Of a DNA stretch of 64,000 bases, positions 31,604 to 40,747 are shown one piece after another. Positions within the stretch are counted from its first letter, which is position 1, and every line of letters begins with the position of its first letter. The position numbers were made by a program, and so were the translations under genes. Source of the stretch: an uncultured delta proteobacterium (lineage in GTDB: Bacteria > Myxococcota_A > UBA9160 > SZUA-336); contig CAVPHD010000001.1 in the NCBI GenBank assembly GCA_963704165.1, positions 1-64,000 of the forward strand, given 5' to 3'. The notes beneath the pieces were generated by a model. It saw only the letters and a program-made list of their open reading frames with translations, did not search any database and was not told the DNA's origin.

Positions 31604-32668
31604 TCAGCTCTTCGAGTAGTGGGATCGGCGCTTCACGGCCAGCGAGCGCTCGAGATGGAAGATCTCGACGCGCTTCTCCTCGCCGGCGCTGCGTTCGAAC
31701 TTGTGACCGCGCAGGATCACGTCGAGTCGGCCGAGGTCGGGGCGGCCGGCGAGATCGGATTTTCCGGCGATCTCCGTCGAAGCGAAGACCGTGTCCCCCG
31801 AGAAGATCGGCGCGGTGTGACGTCCGGTTCGGTAGACGATGTCGCCGAGGCTGTTGTCCGAGATGTCGGGACTCGAGAGCCCGAGACAGAGCGTGAACGG
31901 GATCCCACCGAACACGACCAGCTTGCCGCCGAGGTATCGGCCCGGATCCCGGTCGATCATCGTCTGATTGCAGTGCACCTGGGAGGTGTTGTCGAGCATG
32001 CCGGTCAGGAAGATGTGCTCGTCGGTCATGACGCGACCGCGCGAGTGCTCGATCGTGTCGCCGATGGCGAAGTCCTCGAAGTAGGTGTCGGAGTTCGAGA
32101 GATGGGCCAGCTCCGCATAGCCGGCGTCCGCGTCGTACGCGGGGAGCTCGAGCTCCACGTCGACGTTCGCGGCAGCAAGCTCACCCTCGTCGAGCGCGGC
32201 GTCGAGATCGTGCTTGAAGACCTGGACCTTGCGCTGGTAGGCGAGCACGATCTCGCCGGTCTGCTTGCGTGCGGTGCTCTGGACGTGGACGACACCGAGC
32301 TCGGGACGGCTCGACGAGCTCTTCACGCCGAGCACGGTCGTCTCGGTCTCGATCGTGTCGCCGACGTAGACGGCGGCGCCGAACCGCATGTCGATGTACT
32401 CGAGGTTCGCTCGCGCGTTCTCCGAGATGTCCTCGACGGTCTGACTGAACGCGACCGCCATCACGAGTCCCGGCGGAATCGGCATCGACGCGTACCCGTA
32501 GGCGCGCGCGTAGCGGAGGTTCTTGTGCAGAGGGTTCGCCGTGAACGAGAAGTCGGTGAAGTGTGCGGTGAGGCCTTCGGTCACCGTACGCCCGCCCTTG
32601 TGCCGGAAGATCTGTCCGAGGCGGAAGTCCTCGAGGAAGTTTCCGGTTTTCTTGCGAATCAGTGCCAA
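31604..32668 (-). CDS. double-MaoC (hotdog) dehydratase, mesaconyl-CoA hydratase-like
   Basis: Two MaoC domains (NFLEDFRLGQ..RTVTE..NPLH and YFEDFAIGDTIEH..NTSQVH), plus VEDISENARANL. TTG start with AGGAGG RBS. Confidence 0.8.
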   Translation of the reverse strand: MALIRKKTGNFLEDFRLGQIFRHKGGRTVTEGLTAHFTDFSFTANPLHKNLRYARAYGYASMPIPPGLVMAVAFSQTVEDISENARANLEYIDMRFGAAVYVGDTIETETTVLGVKSSSSRPELGVVHVQSTARKQTGEIVLAYQRKVQVFKHDLDAALDEGELAAANVDVELELPAYDADAGYAELAHLSNSDTYFEDFAIGDTIEHSRGRVMTDEHIFLTGMLDNTSQVHCNQTMIDRDPGRYLGGKLVVFGGIPFTLCLGLSSPDISDNSLGDIVYRTGRHTAPIFSGDTVFASTEIAGKSDLAGRPDLGRLDVILRGHKFERSAGEEKRVEIFHLERSLAVKRRSHYSKS

Positions 32669-32696
32669 GGGGGTCCTCCTTCCGCGGGGCCGGAGT

Positions 32697-33992
32697 CTAG
32701 ACGCGCCCCCGTTCGGCCAGCAAGTCCGGGCGAAGAGCTCCAGCGAGGAAGATCGACCCGGCGATCGCGATTCCCTCGCCGGGGGCTTTCCGATCTCGCG
32801 CGAGCGCGAGCGCGCGATTCGGATCGGGCTCGACCTCCACGTCCGGAATGCCTGCCGCCCAGGCCAGCGCAGCCAGCTCGTCCGGAGCGAGGGAGCGGAG
32901 CTCTTCGGCCGATGTCACCACACACAGGCGTGTAACGCCGGCGAGCTCCGCGACGATGCCGGCGGCGTCCTTGTCCTTCGAGACGCAGAGTACGAGCGCG
33001 AACTTCCGGCCGGGCCAGATCTCCTCGAGGGTCCGACGCAGGCCACGCGCCGAGTCCGGCGTGTGCGCGCTGTCGAGAACGACGTCGGCGAAGCGCTCGA
33101 CGCGCGCGGGCAATTCGAGCGAGCGCAACCCCGAGATCTCGCTCTCGCGGAGGGAACGGCCGAGATGGACCTCGCTGGCGCGGAGCGCGAGCGCGAGATT
33201 CACGGCCTGGTGTGCGCCGAGCACTCCGCTCTCGATCACGCGACCGTCTTCGAGCCGGAAGCGGAGACCCGTTCCCGAGCTCCGCACGTCTCGCACCGAG
33301 ACGCCCTCGAGTGGCGCGCCGACGGCGATGCTCTGGGCCGCGATCGCGCCCCAGGCCTCGGGATCGAGCGTCCCGTGCAGCGCAGGCACGCCCGCGCGGA
33401 AGATTCCCGCCTTCTCGCGCGCGATCAGCTCGAGCGTGTGTCCGAGCTTGTCGGTGTGTTCGAGCTCGATCGTCGTCACGATCGACACGCTCGACTCGAC
33501 GGCATTGGTGGAATCGAGTCGTCCGCCGAGCCCGACCTCGATCGCAGCGACGTCGACCGCAGCTTCTCGGAAGAGCACGAGCGCGAGCGCGGTCGTGACG
33601 TCGAAGAAGCTCGGACAGAGCTCGGAATCCAGCCGCAGCCGCTCGATCTCGGGCTGCATTCTGCGCAGCGCCGAGACGAGGGTAGCTTCGCCGACGGGCT
33701 CACCGTCGATGCGAAAGCGCTCGCGCCAGCTGACCAGATGCGGCGACGTGAACGTCCCCACGCGAAGTCCGGAAGCGCGCAGCAGGCATTCGACCGCGAG
33801 CGTGACCGTGCCCTTCCCCTTCGAGCCCGCCACGTGCACGCACGCGAGGTCACGCTCGGGGTTTCCGATCGCGGCGAGCAGCGCGCGGATCGGCCCGAGG
33901 CCGAGCCGCTCGTAGTCGTACTGCGTCTTCTTCTCGCGGTTGATCAGTCGGTCGAGATAGCGCTCCGCGTCGCGCAACGTCTGGAGCTCCAT
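32697..33992 (-). CDS. folC: folylpolyglutamate synthase/dihydrofolate synthase
   Basis: HVAGSKGKGT, TFTSPHL, ERFRIDG, EVGLGGRLDSTN, IAREKAGI, LDSAHT and AGSIFL motifs. Confidence 0.95.
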   Translation of the reverse strand: MELQTLRDAERYLDRLINREKKTQYDYERLGLGPIRALLAAIGNPERDLACVHVAGSKGKGTVTLAVECLLRASGLRVGTFTSPHLVSWRERFRIDGEPVGEATLVSALRRMQPEIERLRLDSELCPSFFDVTTALALVLFREAAVDVAAIEVGLGGRLDSTNAVESSVSIVTTIELEHTDKLGHTLELIAREKAGIFRAGVPALHGTLDPEAWGAIAAQSIAVGAPLEGVSVRDVRSSGTGLRFRLEDGRVIESGVLGAHQAVNLALALRASEVHLGRSLRESEISGLRSLELPARVERFADVVLDSAHTPDSARGLRRTLEEIWPGRKFALVLCVSKDKDAAGIVAELAGVTRLCVVTSAEELRSLAPDELAALAWAAGIPDVEVEPDPNRALALARDRKAPGEGIAIAGSIFLAGALRPDLLAERGRV

Positions 33993-34010
33993 CTTTGCTA
34001 GCCTGACTCC

Positions 34011-35153
34011 GTGATGCCGCGCGCCGGTACGAGCGTCCGCTGGTGGGTGTACGGCTCGGCTACGCCAAAGCTCGACGCCCTGATGGCGGATCCCGACGCC
34101 GTTCTCGCGGGTCCGGGAATTCTTGCCCGCGAGCTGACCGGCCGCAAACGCTTCTTCCGCATCGACGGCCAGGCGGGCGAGCCCGCGCTGTACGTGAAGG
34201 TCTTCGCTCTCCCTCGGGGTCTGAAGCGGTTGCGCTACTTCCTCCTCCCGTCGAAGGCCCGCAGGGAACGTGCGATCGCCAGACGAATCGCGCGCCTCGG
34301 TTTCGAGGTCGCGGGCCCGGTCGCGGTGGGCGAACGCCGTCGTCTCGGGGTGCTCGAGTGCAGCTACTCGGTCGTTCCGGAGATCGATGCACGCGACCTG
34401 GTTCGGTTGCTTCGGGGCGACGCTCTCTCGAGCGGCGAGCGGCGAGAGCTTCTCGAGCGCTTCGGCGCTCTCGCTCGCAGGCTGCACGATGCGGGGGTCG
34501 ACCAGGACGACTTCGCGCCGAACAACTTCCTGATGCGACCCGACGGGTCCTTCGTGTTGATCGACTTCGAGCGCTGCAACGTCCGCCGGGGTCCGCTCGG
34601 TGCTTCGCGCTGGACACAGCTCGCGAAGCTGCACCGGAGGGATCTCGGCGTCTCGCGCAGCGATCGCCTGCGCCTGCTCCGCGCCTACCTCGGCGAGGCC
34701 AGCGGGCGTGGGGAGCGACGCGCGGCCTGGCAGCGGATCTGGCCCGAGTACCGCCGGATTCGCCGCCACGATGCGCGACACGCCGAGGCATCTGCCTTCC
34801 ACGAGGGGCGGAACCTCGCTCGCGAGGGAGCCGGCTGGGTGGTGCGCCCGCGGATCGCCGCGAAGACGATCGCGTTCGAGCTCGAGCCGGAGAGCGCACG
34901 CGTCTGCTGGCTACGCGCACTGCAGCTCGAGCGACTCGGCCTTCCCGCGCTCCGGCCCGTTCGCCTGGTCGGCGGGCGGGTCGAGCTGCTCGACCCGGGT
35001 GCGTCGGCCCCGCGTTCACCCGCCGATCAGCTGATCGCCCGCGCGCTTGCCGCGCTCGCGCCATGGGGACACTTCAGCGCGCCTCCGCAATGGCTGTTCA
35101 CCGAACACGGCGCGCTGCTTCGCAATCCGCACGCGTTCGAAATCGATCTCTGA
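34011..35153 (+). CDS. lipopolysaccharide kinase (Kdo/WaaP/InaA family)
   Basis: LYVKVF, SKARRE, RLHDAGVDQDDFAPNNFL, LIDFER and SRSDRLRLLRAY motifs. Confidence 0.78.
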   Translation: MMPRAGTSVRWWVYGSATPKLDALMADPDAVLAGPGILARELTGRKRFFRIDGQAGEPALYVKVFALPRGLKRLRYFLLPSKARRERAIARRIARLGFEVAGPVAVGERRRLGVLECSYSVVPEIDARDLVRLLRGDALSSGERRELLERFGALARRLHDAGVDQDDFAPNNFLMRPDGSFVLIDFERCNVRRGPLGASRWTQLAKLHRRDLGVSRSDRLRLLRAYLGEASGRGERRAAWQRIWPEYRRIRRHDARHAEASAFHEGRNLAREGAGWVVRPRIAAKTIAFELEPESARVCWLRALQLERLGLPALRPVRLVGGRVELLDPGASAPRSPADQLIARALAALAPWGHFSAPPQWLFTEHGALLRNPHAFEIDL

Positions 35154-35196
35154 CGCGCGGATCGCGCGAGATGCCGCTAGGCGAACGCGAGCGGCG

Positions 35197-35517
35197 TCAC
35201 TGCGCCATGTAGCGGTTCGAGGCCCGGTACTTCGAAACGGCCTCGTCGTTGCTCGCGATCGCCGGATAGAAGTAGCGGACCGCGTGTCCACAGGTGCGGC
35301 AGATCTTGTAGCAGAACTTGAAACCGTCGATCTCCCGCGTGTTGCCGACGAGTTCCCGGTTCTCGTCCGTGCAGCAGTCCCCCGGCAACGGCGGGGAGAT
35401 GATCCGGCGCGGATAGTCATTGTCCGGCTTCTCGCTGGTCGAGTAGCGGATGATGCTGCGCAGGTTCCGGTGCGGCTTCTGGTCAGCCGGTCGTAGGTTG
35501 CTTCCGATTCGCTTCAT
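35197..35517 (-). CDS. small hypothetical protein with CC and CxxC (putative zinc ribbon)
   Basis: 106-aa ORF with non-shadow composition and GC3-biased codons. GAGGG RBS, 13 nt downstream of the NRDE gene stop. Contains GDCCT and ICRTCGH. Confidence 0.7.
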   Translation of the reverse strand: MKRIGSNLRPADQKPHRNLRSIIRYSTSEKPDNDYPRRIISPPLPGDCCTDENRELVGNTREIDGFKFCYKICRTCGHAVRYFYPAIASNDEAVSKYRASNRYMAQ

Positions 35518-35530
35518 GTTCGACTTACCC

Positions 35531-36286
35531 TCACGTTACGGCCCGCGGGAGTTCGTCCAGCAGGCTGCTGAAATCATGGTACTTGGTGTCGCACGGGGCT
35601 CCGTCCGCGTAGCGCCAGGTTCGATGCCGCGGCCCGACCGCGAGCACGGTCGAGGAGCGTGTCCCGTAGTCCGGGGTATGGACGCACGGGTTCTCGAGCG
35701 GATTCGAGCCGTGCGGATGCGCGGCGAGGAGGGCTCCGAGTCCTGAAACGAGGGCCTCGAGGTCTCCGGTCGGATCGAGAGCGCCGAGCATCGTCTCGAT
35801 CCGGCGAACCTTGCCAGAGCTCGGATCGTCCGGATCGCGATTGCAGACGACGTGGATCCCGGGATTCATGGGACGCGTCTCGAGGCGATCGTCCTTCATG
35901 CGGGCGAAGAAGGTCTCGCGACCGTCCGAAACCAGCAGGTTGAACGGCGTCGTGCGTTGCTCGCAGGCACGCTCGACCTCTTGCGCCGCCTCTGCCGCCG
36001 TGGAGCGACCGAGCGCGTCCACGACCAGAAGCCCGCGCGAGCGCGCAGCTGGATCGCGCACCGCGACCGGGCGATTGGTGAGCCCTACGAATAGACCGTT
36101 CGAGTTCAATCCCATCCACGTTCCGCCAGCCGCGAGATCCTGCGGCGCGACGAAGCTCAACTTTCCATCCCCGGATACGAAGCGACCCGGCGGCGCTGCG
36201 GGCCTCGCGAAGAACTCGTCCCGATTGGCCGCGACGACGAGCGGAAACTCAGGTACGACGCGGTCCAACAGGATCAGCGTGCACAT
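35531..36286 (-). CDS. NRDE family (TANGO2-like) protein
   Basis: N-terminal MCT, AANRDEF..RP, GGTWMG, LTNR, SRGLL and YGTRSST motifs. Confidence 0.92.
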   Translation of the reverse strand: MCTLILLDRVVPEFPLVVAANRDEFFARPAAPPGRFVSGDGKLSFVAPQDLAAGGTWMGLNSNGLFVGLTNRPVAVRDPAARSRGLLVVDALGRSTAAEAAQEVERACEQRTTPFNLLVSDGRETFFARMKDDRLETRPMNPGIHVVCNRDPDDPSSGKVRRIETMLGALDPTGDLEALVSGLGALLAAHPHGSNPLENPCVHTPDYGTRSSTVLAVGPRHRTWRYADGAPCDTKYHDFSSLLDELPRAVT

Positions 36287-36373
36287 GAATCCACGCCCTC
36301 TGCCCAGCCCCGCCGTGCATCGGCACCGCTCGAAAGCGGGGATTCCGCGGTTCATCCGCAGTGTTACGAGCGC

Positions 36374-36402
36374 AACGTACCATTTGAGGCGCTCTGACTC
36401 AA
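36374..36402 (-). promoter_or_regulatory. sigma70-type promoter for the NRDE gene
   Basis: The minus strand reads TTGAGT-N17-TACGTT. Confidence 0.45.
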
Positions 36403-36438
36403 GCCGTGGGGCGCGGGGTCGGCCAAATGACCGGGCGG

Positions 36439-37755
36439 TCAGCCCGGGGCGTTGCTCGACACGACACGCAGGTTGGGAGCCTCGGAGCGCGGTGCGGGAC
36501 TCGGAATCGCCGCCCGGGTCGCGTCCGCGGGCGGCCGGAAATCGAGGCCGTAGCGCTCGAAGATCGGCTGGAGGACAGCGGCCGAGTCGAGCAGCGTGGC
36601 GCGCACGGACTCGAGGCCGTGCTTGACCGCGTCGGCGCGCCGCCAGAATTCGAGAGGGTTCAGGTCGAAGAACTTCTCGTCGCTCTCGCGCGCCTCGATC
36701 ACGACGATGTCGCCGCGGAACTGCTCGTCGTGCATGTAGCCGCGCAGACCCATGGCGAGCCGCGTATGGAGCATCGTGCGCAGCACCTGGTTCAGAACGG
36801 TCTGCAACCCGCGATCCGAAAGGTATCGGCTGCCGACGCGGTCGGCGGCGTGCGGGTCGTTCCAGTAGGGCCGGAACGGGTTGTAGCAGATGATCAGATC
36901 GGCCCCCTGCTCCACCGCGACGTCGATGTTCGCGGTCCGACGCACCCCGCCATCGACGTAGTCGACGCCGTTGAACCGGGCGGGCTTGAAGAAGCCGGGC
37001 AGCGCACTCGAGGCCTGCACGGCCTCCGAGATCGTCAGACCGTGGTCGTCCTCGGGACCGAAGACCACGCGCTCGGCGTTGTCGAGGTTGGTGGCGGTGA
37101 TGTAGAGCTTGCGACCGGTCTCGCGATAGAAATCCGCGAAGTAGTTCGGCACGCCCACCTTGGCCATGTTGGTCGCGAGCCAGCGCTCGAGCGGCGCGTT
37201 GTCGAACGCCCCGGACGGCAGCAGCGCGCCGAGCGGCGGGAACTGGCGCTTGGGCGAGATCTCCTCGTACAGCTCCATCAGGAACGCTTCGAGGTGCGTG
37301 TAGGTCGGCTCCTCGAGCAGCCGGCGGAAGTACGGCCCGACGCGCTCCGGCAGATCCGGCAGCACGGAGAGCAGGTCGAGCAGCAGCCCCGGGAGGTAGC
37401 CCGCCAGTCGCGCCCCGAAGACCGTCGTGCGACCGACGATCTCGCCGATGTTCGGGCTGTAGAAGTCGATCGGCCGAAGCTGATCGATTCGCCGCGAGGT
37501 GCCCTCGAGCGCCTCGATCATCTCGTCGGGCGTGATGCCGGCGGCGAGCGAGGTCGCGAGGAACGCGCCCGCCGAGAGCCCGACATACGTGTCGAGCTCG
37601 GTCACCTTTCGCCCGACGAGGAACTCGTCGAGCGCCTTCAGGCCCCCGACTTTGAACGCGCCGCCGGAGACGGCGCCGCCGGCGAGGACCAGCGCGATCT
37701 TCGGGTTCTTCGGAGGGCGAACGCCAGAGCTTCGCTGGATCAGGGTCAGGCCCAC
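36439..37755 (-). CDS. patatin-like phospholipase
   Basis: ALVLAGGAVSGG, nucleophile GLSAG, ASSALPGFFKP and catalytic YVDGG. Confidence 0.92.
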   Translation of the reverse strand: MGLTLIQRSSGVRPPKNPKIALVLAGGAVSGGAFKVGGLKALDEFLVGRKVTELDTYVGLSAGAFLATSLAAGITPDEMIEALEGTSRRIDQLRPIDFYSPNIGEIVGRTTVFGARLAGYLPGLLLDLLSVLPDLPERVGPYFRRLLEEPTYTHLEAFLMELYEEISPKRQFPPLGALLPSGAFDNAPLERWLATNMAKVGVPNYFADFYRETGRKLYITATNLDNAERVVFGPEDDHGLTISEAVQASSALPGFFKPARFNGVDYVDGGVRRTANIDVAVEQGADLIICYNPFRPYWNDPHAADRVGSRYLSDRGLQTVLNQVLRTMLHTRLAMGLRGYMHDEQFRGDIVVIEARESDEKFFDLNPLEFWRRADAVKHGLESVRATLLDSAAVLQPIFERYGLDFRPPADATRAAIPSPAPRSEAPNLRVVSSNAPG

Positions 37756-37884
37756 GCGACGACCTCTCGGTCGCGATTCACATCCAGAGCGTCGGCGCCC
37801 CCCATCCCGAGGAAATCGGCCCTCGGGAACGGAAACTCCAGCCGCGCCAGATCCTTGAGGTGCGCAAGCATTCGACTGCGCCCG

Positions 37885-37912
37885 ACTTTACGCAGCGCGT
37901 CAGGCTTGTCAA
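37885..37912 (-). promoter_or_regulatory. sigma70-type promoter for the patatin gene
   Basis: The minus strand reads TTGACA-N16-TAAAGT. Confidence 0.55.
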
Positions 37913-38084
37913 CCAAACCAGCGGGGCCATCCTCAAGCGCGCAAGTCGGTCTACCGATCTCGGGACACGGACGCGGTGCGCGCTCCGGCCCGTCGCCGGG
38001 AGGCGAGGTCGGACCAAAATCCGGTATCGTCATCGTGCGCCGCACGTCCCATGTGGGACCGTGGGGTCCTGGAGAGGCGATCCG

Positions 38085-39428
38085 ATGAAGCGCAGCCGAG
38101 ATCGAGATGCCGCGACCCTGATCCTGGTCGGGGCGCTCTGTCTTTCGCTGGCGTGTGCGACATCGACCCCCCCGGTGACCGACCCCACTGCAGATCCGGC
38201 TCCGACCGCGATCGAGGACGACGCGGCGACCGGGGAGACGACCGCCGACGCAGATCCGGTCTCGGACGAGGCGCGGAAGAAGGCGCCCAAGACGCAGGCG
38301 CAGCGCAAACGCCAGAACGGCGTCGCTCGAAGAGCCGAGGCTGGACTCGAATCGCTGATCATCGGCACCGTGATCGGCGCGCAGGTCGGCGCGGGCGTCG
38401 GTGCGCTGGTCGGCGCGGTGACGTTCGGGCTCTACGGTGTGATCACCGGCGATGTGCCCTTCGAATCGGGACGGCGCTCGGCACCCGCAGGGCGGCCAGA
38501 CCACGACGCCGACGACCGAATGGAGAGCGAGGTCGAGGAGGAGGTCCGGAAGCAGAAGGACCTCGAAGCCGAGATCGAGGCCGAGCTCAAGCGACAGGAA
38601 GAGCTGCTCGCCGCGATCAACAAGCAGGAAGAGCTGAACTCCACGCTCGAGGACGAGGCACGCGACTGCGCCGGCGCCGTCAATCCGAGCGACCCGACCG
38701 CGGCGCCGGCCCGGCCGTGCCAGCGCGACATTCCCGATTCGATCTTCGAGACCCAGACGAAGAAGACCGGCAAGCAGGAAGAGATCGTCAAGACGCTCGA
38801 TGCCGACCGCGACGGACGACCGGAGATCGAGATCGTGATCGATCCGAAGTCCGGTCAGACGATCTCTCGCTCGGAGGACACCGACTACGACGGCACGCTC
38901 GACGCCGTGAATGCGTACCTGCCCGACGGCCGGCTCGCCTCGCGCGACGAGGACACGAACCAGGACGGCAAGCCCGATCGCTGGATCGTCTACGACGGTG
39001 GCGAGAGCGCGTCGCGCGTCGAGGTCGATCGGAACTTCGACGGCACGCGCGACGGCTTCTACCAGTACGAAGCGGGGGTGCTCGTGTACGAGGAGCACGA
39101 CACGAACGGCGACGGCAAGGCCGACCGCCGCGTCGAGTACGTCGCCGGCGCGCGTAGCGTCGAGATCGAGGACTCGAACCTCGACGGTACGATGGACGCG
39201 CGCACGTACTTCGACGCGAACGGCGTGCCGGGCCGGATCGAGCGCGACAAGAACCAGGACGGCAACACGGACGTCTGGGAGTTCTTCGAGGGCAGTGATC
39301 CGGCGAAGGTCGTGATCGTGCGCCGCGAGGAGGACAAGAACGGAGACGGCTCCGTCGACGTCACGTCCTTCTACGAGAAGGGAAAGCTCGTCCGCAAAGA
39401 GGTCTCCGACCCGTCCGTGCTGAACTGA
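38085..39428 (+). CDS. putative lipoprotein with glycine zipper, coiled coil and eight DxNxDG Ca-binding-like repeats
   Basis: Lipobox SLAC; GTVIGAQVGAGVGALVG; acidic coiled coil; repeats DADRDG, DTDYDG, DTNQDG, DRNFDG, DTNGDG, DSNLDG, DKNQDG and DKNGDG. GGAGAGG RBS. Confidence 0.8.
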   Translation: MKRSRDRDAATLILVGALCLSLACATSTPPVTDPTADPAPTAIEDDAATGETTADADPVSDEARKKAPKTQAQRKRQNGVARRAEAGLESLIIGTVIGAQVGAGVGALVGAVTFGLYGVITGDVPFESGRRSAPAGRPDHDADDRMESEVEEEVRKQKDLEAEIEAELKRQEELLAAINKQEELNSTLEDEARDCAGAVNPSDPTAAPARPCQRDIPDSIFETQTKKTGKQEEIVKTLDADRDGRPEIEIVIDPKSGQTISRSEDTDYDGTLDAVNAYLPDGRLASRDEDTNQDGKPDRWIVYDGGESASRVEVDRNFDGTRDGFYQYEAGVLVYEEHDTNGDGKADRRVEYVAGARSVEIEDSNLDGTMDARTYFDANGVPGRIERDKNQDGNTDVWEFFEGSDPAKVVIVRREEDKNGDGSVDVTSFYEKGKLVRKEVSDPSVLN

Positions 39429-39435
39429 TCCGGGA

Positions 39436-40737
39436 TCAGCGGGCCGGTTTCGGAGCGTCCTCGGGCTTCTCGACCCCGATCTCGAGAACGCGCTCCCGTT
39501 CCTGCCTGCGGAACGCGTTCTGGCGCTCCCGCTCGAGCCTGAGCTGGATCTCGCGGTTTCGCTCTCGAATCCGGTCGCGTTCGGCCGTGAGTTCGAGATC
39601 GCTCATGCCCTGCTGTGCGAAGGTGAGGTCGAACTCGGTCGAGCCCCGGCTCCCGTCCGAAGCGAGAGCGGAGACACGGATCCGGTTCAGGCCCGCTCGC
39701 ACGGGAACGAAGCCCTGAAACGAGCCGTCCGGTGAGAGCAGGATGTCGTTCGGTCCCGCCCATTCCATGAGCGTCAGGTTCACCGCTACGACGTCCTCGA
39801 CGTTCGCGAACGAGACTCCCGAGAGCAGCGCGACGATGTCACCGGGGCGACGCACGGGTGTGTAGAGACCGCCCGTCGTCTTGGCCATCTCCGTCGCGGC
39901 GACCGGGTAGTCGATCGCGGAAGGTCCGAGCCCGTACACGTTCATCATCACGCCCGCGACCTTGGCGAGCTGGGCGGCGTCGATCGCCGCCAGCATGTCC
40001 TCCTTGTCCTCGACGTTCGCGAGGCCGAAGGGCAGCGACGGCTTTCCGTCGGTCAGGAAGAGAATGACCTTCTTCGCCTGCGGCCGCGGCCGCGAAACCG
40101 AACCCGGGAGTCCCGCGAGCTCGCGGAGTGCGAGCTTCACGCCCGCCTGCATGTTCGTCCCACCATTGGGTCCGCGCAGCAGCGCCGCGTCGAGCGACCG
40201 CCGGACCGCGCCGTAGTCGGGCGTCAGCGCCTGTTCGAGCAGCGCATCGTCGCCACGCCCGAGGCGGCGTTGCGTCACCGGATCGACTTCTCCCGAGAAG
40301 GAGATCACACCGACGTGAACGCGCGTCGGATCGAGTCCCTCGAGCAAGGCCTTGGACGCGGCGACCTCGGCCGCGAGAACCGAATCATCGGGGTCGGTGT
40401 TGGGCGTATCCGGCTGCGAAGAGATAGGTGATCGCTGCGTCTCGCCGAGAATTCCGTCGCCGTCGACGTCGATTCCGCTCGGATAGGCCGTGGAGCCGGA
40501 GACGTCCAGGACGATGACGAGATCGAAGCTCGTCGGCCGCTCACCGGCGATCGCAAGCCCCGCCAGCGGCGCCATGTCGGTCCTGTTGCGGATCGTCTCG
40601 CCCGAGCGCGGCGATCGGATCTCGATCTGGACGCCGTTTGCATCCTGCGCGCACGCCGGTGGTGCCGGCGAGACGCCGGCACCGAGCACGAGCGCGCCCA
40701 CCAGAGCCGCAAGCGGCCGATAGATGCGAAACGACAT
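39436..40737 (-). CDS. secreted VWA-domain protein
   Basis: Signal peptide; MIDAS VLDVSGST, GGTNM and FLTDGKP; inserted DVDGDG loop; C-terminal coiled coil. Confidence 0.85.
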   Translation of the reverse strand: MSFRIYRPLAALVGALVLGAGVSPAPPACAQDANGVQIEIRSPRSGETIRNRTDMAPLAGLAIAGERPTSFDLVIVLDVSGSTAYPSGIDVDGDGILGETQRSPISSQPDTPNTDPDDSVLAAEVAASKALLEGLDPTRVHVGVISFSGEVDPVTQRRLGRGDDALLEQALTPDYGAVRRSLDAALLRGPNGGTNMQAGVKLALRELAGLPGSVSRPRPQAKKVILFLTDGKPSLPFGLANVEDKEDMLAAIDAAQLAKVAGVMMNVYGLGPSAIDYPVAATEMAKTTGGLYTPVRRPGDIVALLSGVSFANVEDVVAVNLTLMEWAGPNDILLSPDGSFQGFVPVRAGLNRIRVSALASDGSRGSTEFDLTFAQQGMSDLELTAERDRIRERNREIQLRLERERQNAFRRQERERVLEIGVEKPEDAPKPAR

Positions 40738-40747
40738 CGCTCGGGTG

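Noticed and set aside
38790..39370. Periodic GACxxxAACxxxGACGG repeats as a possible CRISPR or DNA repeat array
   Set aside because: The repeats are degenerate at the DNA level and in frame, encoding DxNxDG protein motifs. There is no identical repeat-spacer structure and no cas genes.
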